Assembly (NCBI GenBank): GCA_964016885.1
Contig: OZ024744.1
Location: 21,886,001-21,950,000 of the forward strand
From: Eledone cirrhosa
Lineage: Eukaryota
Direction of reading: 5' to 3'
DNA: 64,000 nucleotides
Shown here: one piece after another, positions 46,501 to 59,208 of the stretch
Position numbering within the stretch: the first letter of the stretch is position 1
Layout of the letters: each line of letters starts with the position of its first letter
The notes under the pieces: generated by a model
Databases searched by the model: none
The model's input: only the letters and a program-made list of their open reading frames with translations
Told to the model about the DNA's origin: nothing
Translations under genes and position numbers: made by a program

Positions 46501-49500
46501 TATAAGATGTGACAGCCACAACAGCTATGACATATTCAGACAGAAGAGGTGACAGGCACAACAGCTATGACATCTTCAGACAGTTAGAAGAGGTAACAGG
46601 CACAACATATATGCCATCTTTAGACAGTTAGAAGAGGTGACAGCCACAACAGCTATGATATCTTTAGACAGTTAGAAGAGGTGACAGCGACAACAGCTAT
46701 GACATCTTCAGACAGTTAGAAGAGGTGACAGCCACAACAGCTATGACATATTTAGACAGTTAGAAGATGTGACAGGAACAACAGCTATGACGTCTTCAGA
46801 CAGTTAGAAGAGGTGACAGGCACAACAGCTATGACATATTCAGACAGAAAAGGTGACAGGCACAACAGCTATGACATCTTCAGACAGTTAGAAGAGGTAA
46901 CAGCAACAACAGCTATGACATCTTCAGACAGTTAGAAGAGGTGACAGGCACAACAGCTATGACATCTTTAGACAGTTGGAAGAGGTGACAGCCACAACAG
47001 CTATGACATCTTCAGACAGTTAGAAGAGGTGACAGCCACAACAGCTATGACATCTTTAGACAGTTAGAAGCGGTGTCATCCACAACAGCTATGACATATT
47101 CAGACAGTTAGAAGAGGTGACGGCAACAACAGCTATGAGATCTTCAGACTGAAGAGGTGACAGCCACAAGAGCTATGACATCTTCAGACAAAAGAAGTGA
47201 CAGGCACAACAGCTATGAGATCTTCAGGCAGAAGAGGTGACAGCCACAACAGCTATGACATCTTCAGACAGAAGAGGTGACAGGCACAACAGCTATGACA
47301 TATTCAGACAGTTAGAAGAGGTGACAGCCACAATAGCTATGACATCTTCAGACAGATATAAGATGTGCCAGCCACAACAGCTATGACATATTCAGACAGA
47401 AGAGGTGACAGGCACAACAGCTATGACATCTACAGACAGAAGAGGTGACAGCCACAACAGTTATGACATCTTCAGACAGTTAGAAGAGGTGACAGCAACA
47501 ACAGCTATGACATCTTCAGACAGTTAGAAGAGGTGACAGGCACAACAGCTATGACATCTTTAGACAGTTATAAGATGTGACAGTCACAACAGCTATGACA
47601 TATTCAGACAGAAGAGGTGACAGGCACAACAGCTATGACATCTACAGACAGAAGAGGTGACAGCCACAACAGCTATGACATCTTCAGACAGTTAGAAGAG
47701 GTGACAGGAACAACAGCTATGACGTCTTCAGACAGTTAGAAGAGGTGACAGGCACAACAGCTATGACATCTTCAGAGAGTTAGAAGAGGTGACAGGCACA
47801 ACAGCTATGACATCTTTAGACAGTTAGAAGAGGTGACAGCCACAACAGCTATGACATATTCAGACAGTTAGAAGAGGTGACAGCCACAACAGCTATGACA
47901 TCTTCAGACAGTTAGAAGAGGTGACAGGCACAACAGCTATGACATCTTCACACAGTTAGAAGAGGTGACAGCAACAACAGCTATGACATCTTCAGACAGT
48001 TCGAAGAGGTAACAGCCACAACAGCTATGATATCTTTAGACAGTTAGAAGAGGTGACAGCCACAACAGCTATGACATCTTCAGACAGTGAGAAGAGGTGA
48101 CATCCACAACAGCTATGACATCTTTAGACAGTTAGAAGAGGTGACAGGAACAACAGCTATGACGTCTTCAGACAGTTAGAAGAGGTGACAGGCACAGCAG
48201 CTATGACGTCTTCAGACAGAAGATGTGACAGCCACAACAGCTATGAAATCTTCAGAGAGAAGAGGTGACAGGCACAACAGCTATGACATCTACAGACAGA
48301 AGAGGTGACAGCCACAACAGCTATGACATCTTCAGACAGTTATAAGATGTGACAGCCACAACAGCTATGACATATTCAGACAGAAGAGGTGACAGGCACA
48401 ACAGCTATGACATCTTCAGACAGTTAGAAGAGGTAACAGGCACAACATATATGCCATCTTTAGACAGTTAGAAGAGGTGACAGCAACAACAGCTATGACA
48501 TCTTCAGACAGTTAGAAGAGGTAACAGGCACAACATATATGCCATCTTTAGACAGTTAGAAGAGGTGACAGCCACAACAGCTATGATATCTTTAGACAGT
48601 TAGAAGAGGTGACAGCGACAACAGCTATGACATCTTCAGACAGTGAGAAGAGGTGACAGCCACTACAGCTATGCCATCTTCAGACATTTAGAAGAGGTGA
48701 CAGGAACAAGAGCTATGACATCTTCAGACAGTTAGAAGAGGTGACAGCAACAACAGCTATGACATCTTCAGACAGTTATAAGATGTGACAGCCACAACAG
48801 CCATGACATCTTCAGACAGAAGAGGTGACAAGCACAACAGCTATGACATCTTCACACAGTTAGAAGAGGTGACAGCAACAACAGCTATGACATCTTCAGA
48901 CAGTTAGAAGAGGTAACAGCCACAACAGCTATGATATCTTTAGACAGTTAGAAGAGGTGACAGACACAACAGCTATGACATCTTCAGACAGTGACAAGAG
49001 GTGACAGGCACAACAGCTATGACATCTTTAGACAGTTATAAGATGTGACAGTCACAACAGCTATGACATATTCAGACAGAAGAGGTGACAGGCACAACAG
49101 CTTTGACATCTACAGACAGAAGAGGTGACAGCCACAACAGCTATGACATCTTCAGACAGTTAGAAGAGGTGACAGGAACAACAGCTATGACGTCTTCAGA
49201 CAGTTAGAAGAGGTGACAGGCACAACAGTTATGACATCTTCAGAGAGTTAGAAGAGGTGACAGGCACAACAGCTATGACATCTTTAGACAGTTAGAAGAG
49301 GTGACAGCCACAACAGCTATGACATATTCAGACAGTTAGAAGAGGTGACAGCCACAACTGCTATGACATCTTCAGACAGTTATAAGATGTGACAGCCACA
49401 ACAGCTATGACATATTCAGACAGAAGAGGTGACATGCACAACAGCTATGACATCTTCAGACAGTTAGAAGAGGTAACAGCAACAACAGCTATGATATCTT

Positions 49501-50070
49501 TAGACAGTTAGAAGAGGTGACAGCCACAACAGCTATGACATCTTCAGACAGTGAGAAGAGGTGACATCCACAACTGCTATGACATCTTTAGACAGTTAGA
49601 AGAGGTGACAGGAACAACAGCTATGACGTCTTCAGACAGTTATAAGAGGTGACAGGCACAGCAGCTATGACGTCTTCAGACAGAAGATGTGACAGCCACA
49701 ACAGCTATGAAATCTTCAGAGAGAAGAGGTGACAGGCACAACAGCTATGACATCTACAGACAGAAGAGGTGACAGCCACAACAGCTATGACATCTTCAGA
49801 CAGTTATAAGATGTGACAGCCACAACAGCTATGACATATTCAGACAGAAGAGGTGACAGGCACAACAGCTATGACATCTTCAGACAGTTAGAAGAGGTGA
49901 CAGCAACAACAGCTATGACATCTTCAGACAGTTAGAAGAGGTAACAGGCACAACATATATGCCATCTTTAGACAGTTAGAAGAGGTGACAGCCACAACAG
50001 CTATGATATCTTTAGACAGTTAGAAGAGGTGACAGCGACAACAGCTATGACATCTTCAGACAGTGAGAAG
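43520..50070. repeat. ~3.2-3.3-kb tandem duplication
   Basis: GCGGTGTCATCC at 43855 and 47071 (offset 3216), and GTTCGAAGAGGTAA at 44698 and 48002 (offset 3304, two extra 44-mers). Confidence 0.85.
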
Positions 50071-52921
50071 AGGTGACAGCCACTACAGCTATGCCATCTT
50101 TAGACATTTAGAAGAGGTGACAGGAACAAGAGCTATGACATCTTCAGACAGTTAGAAGAGGTGACAGCAACAACAGCTATGACATCTTCAGACAGTTATA
50201 AGATGTGACAGCCACAACAGCCATGACATCTTCAGACAGAAGAGGTGACAAGCACAACAGCTATGACATCTTCACACAGTTAGAAGAGGTGACAGCAACA
50301 ACAGCTATGACATCTTCAGACAGTTAGAAGAGGTAACAGCCACAACAGCTATGATATCTTTAGACAGTTAGAAGAGGTGACAGCCACAACAGCTATGACA
50401 TCTTCAGACAGTGAGAAGAGGTGACATCCACAACAGCTATGACATCTTTAGACAGTTAGAAGAGGTGACAGGAACAACAGCTATGACGTCTTCAGACAGT
50501 TAGAAGAGGTGACAGGCACAGCAGCTATGACGTCTTCAGACATTTAGAAGAGGTGACAGCAACAACAGCTGTGACATCTTCAGCCAGTTAGAAGAGGTGA
50601 CAGCCACAACAGCTATGACATCTTCAGCCAGTTAGAAGAGGTGACAGCCACAACAGCTATGAGGTCTTCAGACTGAAGAGGTGACAGCCACAAGAGCTAT
50701 GACATCTTCAGACAAAAGAGGTGACAGGCACAACAGCTATGAGATCTTCAGACAGAAGAGGTGACAGCCACAACAGCTATGACATCTTCAGACAGAAGAG
50801 GTGACAGGCACAACAGTTATGACATATTCAGACAGTTAGAAGAGGTGACAGCCACAATAGCTATGACATCTTCAGACAGTTATAAGATGTGACAGCCACA
50901 ACAGCTATGACATATTCAGACAGAAGAGGTGACAGGCACAACAGCTATGACATCTACAGACAGTTAGAAGAGGTGACAGCAACAACAGCTATGACATCTT
51001 CAGACAGTTAGAAGAGGTAACAGGCACAACAGATATGCCATCTTTAGACAGTTAGAAGAGGTGACAGCCACAACAGCTATGACATCTTTAGACAGTTAGA
51101 AGAGGTGACTGCGACAACAGCTATGACATCTTCAGACAGTGAGAAGAGGTGACATCCACAACAGCTATGACATCTTTAGACAGTTAGAAGAGGTGACAGG
51201 AACAACAGCTATGATGTCTTCAGACAGTTAGAAGAGGTGACAGGCACAGCAGCTATGACATCTTCAGACATTTAGAAGAGCTGACAGCAACAACAGCTGT
51301 GACATCTTTAGACAGTTAGAAGAGGTGACAGCCACAACAGCTATGACATCTTCAGCCAGTTAGAAGAGGTGACAGCCACAACAGCTATGACATCTTTAGA
51401 CAGTTAGAAGAGGTGACAGGCACAAAAGCTATGACATCTTCGGACAGTTAGAAGAGGTGACAGCCACAACAGCTATGACATCTTTAGACAGTTAGAAGTG
51501 GTGACAGGAACAACGGCTATGACATCTTCAGACAGTTAGAAGAGGTGACAGGCACAACAGCTATGACATCTTCAGACAGTTAGAAGAGGTGACAGCAACA
51601 ACAGCTATGACATCTTCAGACAGAAGAGGTGACAGCCACAACAGCTATGACATCTTCAGACAGTTACAATAGGTGACAGGCACAACAGCTATGACATCTT
51701 TAGACAGTTAGAAGAGGTGACAGCCGTAACAGCTATTACATATTCAGACAGTTAGAAGAGGTGACAGGCACAATAGCTATGACATCTTCAGACAGTTAGA
51801 AGAGGTGACGGCAACAACAGCTATGAGATCTTCAGACAGAAGATGTGACAGCCACAACAGCTATGACATCTTCAGAGAGAAGAGGTGACAGGCAAAACAG
51901 CTATGACATCTACAGACAGAAGAGGTGACAGCCACAACAGCTATGACATCTTCAGACAGTTATAAGATGTGACAGCCACAACAGCTATGACATATTCAGA
52001 CAGAAGAGGTGACAGGCACAACAGCTATGACATCTTCAGACAGTTAGAAGAGGTGACAGCAACAACAGCTATGACATCTTCAGACAGTTAGAAGAGGTAA
52101 CAGGCACAGCATATATGCCATCTTTAGACAGTTAGAAGAGGTGACAGCAACAACAGCTATGATATCTTTAGACAGTTAGAAGAGGTGACAGCGACAACAG
52201 CTATGACATCTTCGGACAGTGAGAAGAGGTGACAGCCACTACAGCTATGCCATCTTTAGACATTTAGAAGAGGTGACAGGAACAACAGCTATGACATCTT
52301 CAGACAGTTAGAAGAGGTGACAGCAACAACAGCTATGACATCTTCAGACAGTCATAAGATGTGACAGCCACAACAGCCATGACATCTTCAGACAGAAGAG
52401 GTGACAAGCACAACAGCTATGACATCTTCACACAGTTAGAAGAGGTGACAGCAACAACAGCTATGACATCTTCAGACAGTTAGAAGAGGTAACAGCCACA
52501 ACAGCTATGATATCTTTAGACAGTTAGAAGAGGTGACAGCCACAACAGCTATGACATCTTCAGACAGTGAGAAGAGGTGACATCCACAACAGCTATGACA
52601 TCTTTAGACAGTTAGAAGAGGTGACAGGTACAACAGCTATGACGTCTTCAGACAGTTAGAAGAGGTGACAGGCACAGCAGCTATGACGTCTTCAGACATT
52701 TAGAAGAGGTGACAGCAACAACAGCTGTGACATCTTTAGACAGTTAGAAGAGGTGACAGCCACAACAGCTATGACATCTTCAGCCAGTTAGAAGAGGTGA
52801 CAGCCACAACAGCTATGACATCTTTAGACAGTTAGAAGAGGTGACAGCCACAACAGCTATGACATCTTTAGACAGTTAGAAGTGGTGACAGGAACAACAG
52901 CTATGACATCCTCAGAGAGTT

Positions 52922-55900
52922 AGAAGAGGTGACAGGCACAACAGCTATGACATCTTCAGACAGTTAGAAGAGGTGATAGCAACAACAGCTATGACATCTT
53001 CAGACAGAAGAGGTGACAGCCACAACAGCTATCACATCTTCAGACAGTTACAAGAGGTGACAGGCACAACAGCTATGACATCTTTAGACAGTTAGAAGCG
53101 GTGACAGCCGCAACAGCTATTACATATTCAGACAGTTAGAAGAGGTGACAGGCACAATAGCTATGACATCTTCAGACAGTTAGAAGAGGTGACGGCAACA
53201 ACAGCTATGAGATCTTCAGACAGAAGATGTGACAGCCACAACAGCTATAACATCTTCAGAGAGAAGAGGTGACAGGCACAACAGCTATGACATCTACAGA
53301 CAGAAGAAGTGACAGCCACAACAGCTATGACATATTCAGACAGTTAGAAGAGGTGACAGCCACAACAGCTATGACATCTTCAGACAGTTATAAGATGTGA
53401 CAGCCACAACAGCTATGACATATTCAGACAGAAGAGTTGACAGGCACAACAGCTATGACATCTTTAGACAGTTAGAAGAGGTGACAGCCACAACAGCTAT
53501 GACATCTTCAGCCAGTTAGAAGAGGTGACAGGCACAACAGCTATGACATCTTTAGACAGTTAGAAGAGGTGACAGGCACAACATCTATGACATCTTCAGA
53601 CAGTTAGAAGAGGTGACAGGCACAAAAGCTATGACATCTTCAGACAGTTAGAAGAGGTGACAGCAACAACAGCCATGACATCTTCAGACAGAAGAGGTGA
53701 CAGCCACAACAGCTATGACATCTTCAGACAGTTACAAGAGGTGACAGGCACAATAGCTATGACATCTTTAGACAGTTAGAAGAGGTGACAACCGCAACAG
53801 CTATGACATTTTCAGACAGTTAGAAGAGGTGACAGGCACAACAGCTATGACATCTTCAGACAGTTAGAAGAGGTGACGGCAACAACAGCTATGAGATCTT
53901 CATACAGAAGATGTGACAGCCACAACAGCTATGACATCTTCAGAGAGAAGAGGTGACAGGCACAACAGCTATGACATCTTCAGACAGTTAGAAGAGGTGA
54001 GAGCAACAACAGTTATGACATCTTCAGACAGTTAGAAGAGGTGACAGCCACAACAGCTATGACATCTTTAGACAGTTAGAAGAGGTGACAGCCAAAACAG
54101 CTATGACATCTTTCAGACAGTTAGAAGAGGTAACAGCCAAAACAGCTATGCCATCTTTAGACAGTTAGAAGAGGTGACAGGCACAACAGCTATGACATCT
54201 TCAGACAGTTAGAAGAGGTGACAGCCACAACAGCTATGACATCTTCAGACAGTTATAAGATGTGACAGTCACAACAGCTATGACATATTCAGACAGAAGA
54301 GGTGACAGGCACAACAGCTATGATATCTTCAGACAGTTAGAAGAGGTGACAGAAACAACAGCTATGACATCTTCAGACAGTTAGAAGAGGTGACAGGGAC
54401 AACAGCTATGATATCTTTAGACAGTTAGAAGAGGTGACAGCCACAACAGCTATGACATCTTTAGACAGTTAGAAGAGGTGACAGAAATAACAGCTATGAC
54501 GTCTTCAGACAGTTAGAAGAGGTGACAGGCACAACAGCTAGGACGTCTTCAGACAGTTAGAAGAGGTGACAGCAACAACAGCTATGACATCTTCAGACAG
54601 AAGAGGTGACATGCACAACAACTATGACATCTTCAGACAGTTAGAAGAGGTGACAGCCACAACAGCTATGACATCTTCAGACAGTTATAAGATGTGACAG
54701 TCACAACAGCTATGACATATTCAGACAGAAGAGGTGACTGGAACAACAGCTATGACATCTTCAGACAGTTAGAAGAGGTGACAGCAACAGCAGCTATGAC
54801 ATCTTCAGACAGTTAGTAGAGGTGACAGGGACAACAGCTATGATATCTTTAGACATTTAGAAGAGGTGACGGCCACAACAGCTATGACATCTTTAGACAG
54901 TTAGAAGAGGTGACAGGAACAACAGCTATGACGCCTTCAGACAGTTAGAAGAGGTGACAGGCACAACAGCTAGGACGTCTTCAGACAGTTAGAAGAGGTG
55001 ACAGCCACAACAGCTATGACATTTTCAGACAGTTAGAAGAGGTGACAGCCACAACAGCTATGCCATCTTTAGACATTTAGAAGAGGTGACAGCCACAACA
55101 TCTATGACATCTTCAGACAGAAGAGGTGACAGGCACAACAGCTATGACATCTTCAGACAGAAGAGGTGACAGGTACAACATCTATGACATCTTCAGACAG
55201 AAGAGGTGACAGGCACAACAGCTATGACATCTTCAGAGAGTTAGAAGAGGTGACAGGCACAACAGCTATGACATCTTCAGACAGAAGAGGTGACAGGCAC
55301 AACAGCTATGACATCTTCAGATTGAACATGTGACAGCTACAACAGCTATGACATTTTCAGACGGAAGAGATGACAGGCACAACAGCTATGACATCTTCAG
55401 ACAGTTAGAAGAGGTGACAGCCACAACAGCTATGACATCTTTAGACAGTTAGAAGAGGCGACAGCCACAACAGTTATGACATCTTCAGACAGTTTGAAGA
55501 CGTGACAGCCACAACAGCTATGACATGTTGAGACAGTTAGAAGAGGTGACAGCCACAACAGCTCTGACATCTTCAGACAGTTAGAAGAGGTGACAGCCAC
55601 AACAGCTATGACATCTTCAGACAGAATAGCTAATAGGCACAACAGCATGACATCTTCAGATAGAACATGTGACAGCTACAACAGCTATGACATTTTCAGA
55701 CAGAAGAGATGACAGGCACAACAGCTATGCCGTCTTTAGACAGTTAGAAGAGGTGACAGCTACAACAGCTATGACATCTTCAGACAGTTAGAAGAGGCGA
55801 CAGCCACAACAGCTATGACATCTTCAGACAGAAGAGGTGAGAGCCACAACAGCTATGACATCTTCAGACAGTTAGAAGAGGTGACAGCCACAACAGCTAT

Positions 55901-58900
55901 GACATCTTCAGACAGTTAGAAGAGGTGACAGCCACAACAGCTATGACATCTTCAGATAGTTTGAAGAGGTGACAGGCACAACAGCTATGACCTCTTCAGA
56001 CAGTTAAAAGAGGTGACAGCCACAACAGCTATGACATCTTCAGACAGAAGAGGTGACAGGCACAACAGCTATGACATCTTCAGACAGTTAGAAGAGGTGA
56101 TAGCAACAACAGCTATGACATCTTCAGACAGAAGAGGTGACAGCCACAACAGCTATCACATCTTCAGACAGTTACAAGAGGTGACAGGCACAACAGCTAT
56201 GACATCTTTAGACAGTTAGAAGCGGTGACAGCCGCAACAGCTATTACATATTCAGACAGTTAGAAGAGGTGACAGGCACAATAGCTATGACATCTTCAGA
56301 CAGTTAGAAGAGGTGACGGCAACAACAGCTATGAGATCTTCAGACAGAAGATGTGACAGCCACAACAGCTATAACATCTTCAGAGAGAAGAGGTGACAGG
56401 CACAACAGCTATGACATCTACAGACAGAAGAAGTGACAGCCACAACAGCTATGACATATTCAGACAGTTAGAAGAGGTGACAGCCACAACAGCTATGACA
56501 TCTTCAGACAGTTATAAGATGTGACAGCCACAACAGCTATGACATATTCAGACAGAAGAGTTGACAGGCACAACAGCTATGACATCTTTAGACAGTTAGA
56601 AGAGGTGACAGCCACAACAGCTATGACATCTTCAGCCAGTTAGAAGAGGTGACAGGCACAACAGCTATGACATCTTTAGACAGTTAGAAGAGGTGACAGG
56701 CACAACATCTATGACATCTTCAGACAGTTAGAAGAGGTGACAGGCACAAAAGCTATGACATCTTCAGACAGTTAGAAGAGGTGACAGCAACAACAGCCAT
56801 GACATCTTCAGACAGAAGAGGTGACAGCCACAACAGCTATGACATCTTCAGACAGTTACAAGAGGTGACAGGCACAATAGCTATGACATCTTTAGACAGT
56901 TAGAAGAGGTGACAACCGCAACAGCTATGACATTTTCAGACAGTTAGAAGAGGTGACAGGCACAACAGCTATGACATCTTCAGACAGTTAGAAGAGGTGA
57001 CGGCAACAACAGCTATGAGATCTTCATACAGAAGATGTGACAGCCACAACAGCTATGACATCTTCAGAGAGAAGAGGTGACAGGCACAACAGCTATGACA
57101 TCTTCAGACAGTTAGAAGAGGTGAGAGCAACAACAGTTATGACATCTTCAGACAGTTAGAAGAGGTGACAGCCACAACAGCTATGACATCTTTAGACAGT
57201 TAGAAGAGGTGACAGCCAAAACAGCTATGACATCTTTCAGACAGTTAGAAGAGGTAACAGCCAAAACAGCTATGCCATCTTTAGACAGTTAGAAGAGGTG
57301 ACAGGCACAACAGCTATGACATCTTCAGACAGTTAGAAGAGGTGACAGCCACAACAGCTATGACATCTTCAGACAGTTATAAGATGTGACAGTCACAACA
57401 GCTATGACATATTCAGACAGAAGAGGTGACAGGCACAACAGCTATGATATCTTCAGACAGTTAGAAGAGGTGACAGAAACAACAGCTATGACATCTTCAG
57501 ACAGTTAGAAGAGGTGACAGGGACAACAGCTATGATATCTTTAGACAGTTAGAAGAGGTGACAGCCACAACAGCTATGACATCTTTAGACAGTTAGAAGA
57601 GGTGACAGAAATAACAGCTATGACGTCTTCAGACAGTTAGAAGAGGTGACAGGCACAACAGCTAGGACGTCTTCAGACAGTTAGAAGAGGTGACAGCAAC
57701 AACAGCTATGACATCTTCAGACAGAAGAGGTGACATGCACAACAACTATGACATCTTCAGACAGTTAGAAGAGGTGACAGCCACAACAGCTATGACATCT
57801 TCAGACAGTTATAAGATGTGACAGTCACAACAGCTATGACATATTCAGACAGAAGAGGTGACTGGAACAACAGCTATGACATCTTCAGACAGTTAGAAGA
57901 GGTGACAGCAACAGCAGCTATGACATCTTCAGACAGTTAGTAGAGGTGACAGGGACAACAGCTATGATATCTTTAGACATTTAGAAGAGGTGACGGCCAC
58001 AACAGCTATGACATCTTTAGACAGTTAGAAGAGGTGACAGGAACAACAGCTATGACGCCTTCAGACAGTTAGAAGAGGTGACAGGCACAACAGCTAGGAC
58101 GTCTTCAGACAGTTAGAAGAGGTGACAGCCACAACAGCTATGACATTTTCAGACAGTTAGAAGAGGTGACAGCCACAACAGCTATGCCATCTTTAGACAT
58201 TTAGAAGAGGTGACAGCCACAACATCTATGACATCTTCAGACAGAAGAGGTGACAGGCACAACAGCTATGACATCTTCAGACAGAAGAGGTGACAGGTAC
58301 AACATCTATGACATCTTCAGACAGAAGAGGTGACAGGCACAACAGCTATGACATCTTCAGAGAGTTAGAAGAGGTGACAGGCACAACAGCTATGACATCT
58401 TCAGACAGAAGAGGTGACAGGCACAACAGCTATGACATCTTCAGATTGAACATGTGACAGCTACAACAGCTATGACATTTTCAGACGGAAGAGATGACAG
58501 GCACAACAGCTATGACATCTTCAGACAGTTAGAAGAGGTGACAGCCACAACAGCTATGACATCTTTAGACAGTTAGAAGAGGCGACAGCCACAACAGTTA
58601 TGACATCTTCAGACAGTTTGAAGACGTGACAGCCACAACAGCTATGACATGTTGAGACAGTTAGAAGAGGTGACAGCCACAACAGCTCTGACATCTTCAG
58701 ACAGTTAGAAGAGGTGACAGCCACAACAGCTATGACATCTTCAGACAGAATAGCTAATAGGCACAACAGCATGACATCTTCAGATAGAACATGTGACAGC
58801 TACAACAGCTATGACATTTTCAGACAGAAGAGATGACAGGCACAACAGCTATGCCGTCTTTAGGCAGTTAGAAGAGGTGACAGCTACAACAGCTATGACA

Positions 58901-59208
58901 TCTTCAGACAGTTAGAAGAGGCGACAGCCACAACAGCTATGACATCTTCAGACAGAAGAGGTGAGAGCCACAACAGCTATGACATCTTCAGACAGTTAGA
59001 AGAGGTGACAGCCACAACAGCTATGACATCTTCAGACAGTTAGAAGAGGTGACAGCCACAACAGCTATGACATCTTCAGATAGTTTGAAGAGGTGACAGG
59101 CACAACAGCTATGACCTCTTCAGACAGTTAAAAGAGGTGACAGCCACAACAGCTATGACATCTTCAGACAGAAGAGGTGACAGGCACAACAGCTATGACA
59201 TCTTCAGA
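52922..59208. repeat. 3124-bp near-identical tandem duplication
   Basis: GGTGATAGC at 52977 and 56101, identical minus-strand ORF artefacts at 55430 and 58554, and a shared +1 T indel near 54111 and 57235. All offsets are 3124. Confidence 0.92.

Noticed and set aside
1235-58772. The 68-84 aa ORFs in the satellite, or a giant repetitive protein gene
   Set aside because: Neither 44 nor 40 is a multiple of 3, and TAG/TGA stops recur on both strands. A strict 44/40 alternation (84 bp) would keep a frame open, but it is never sustained. The ORFs arise only where indels happen to line up.
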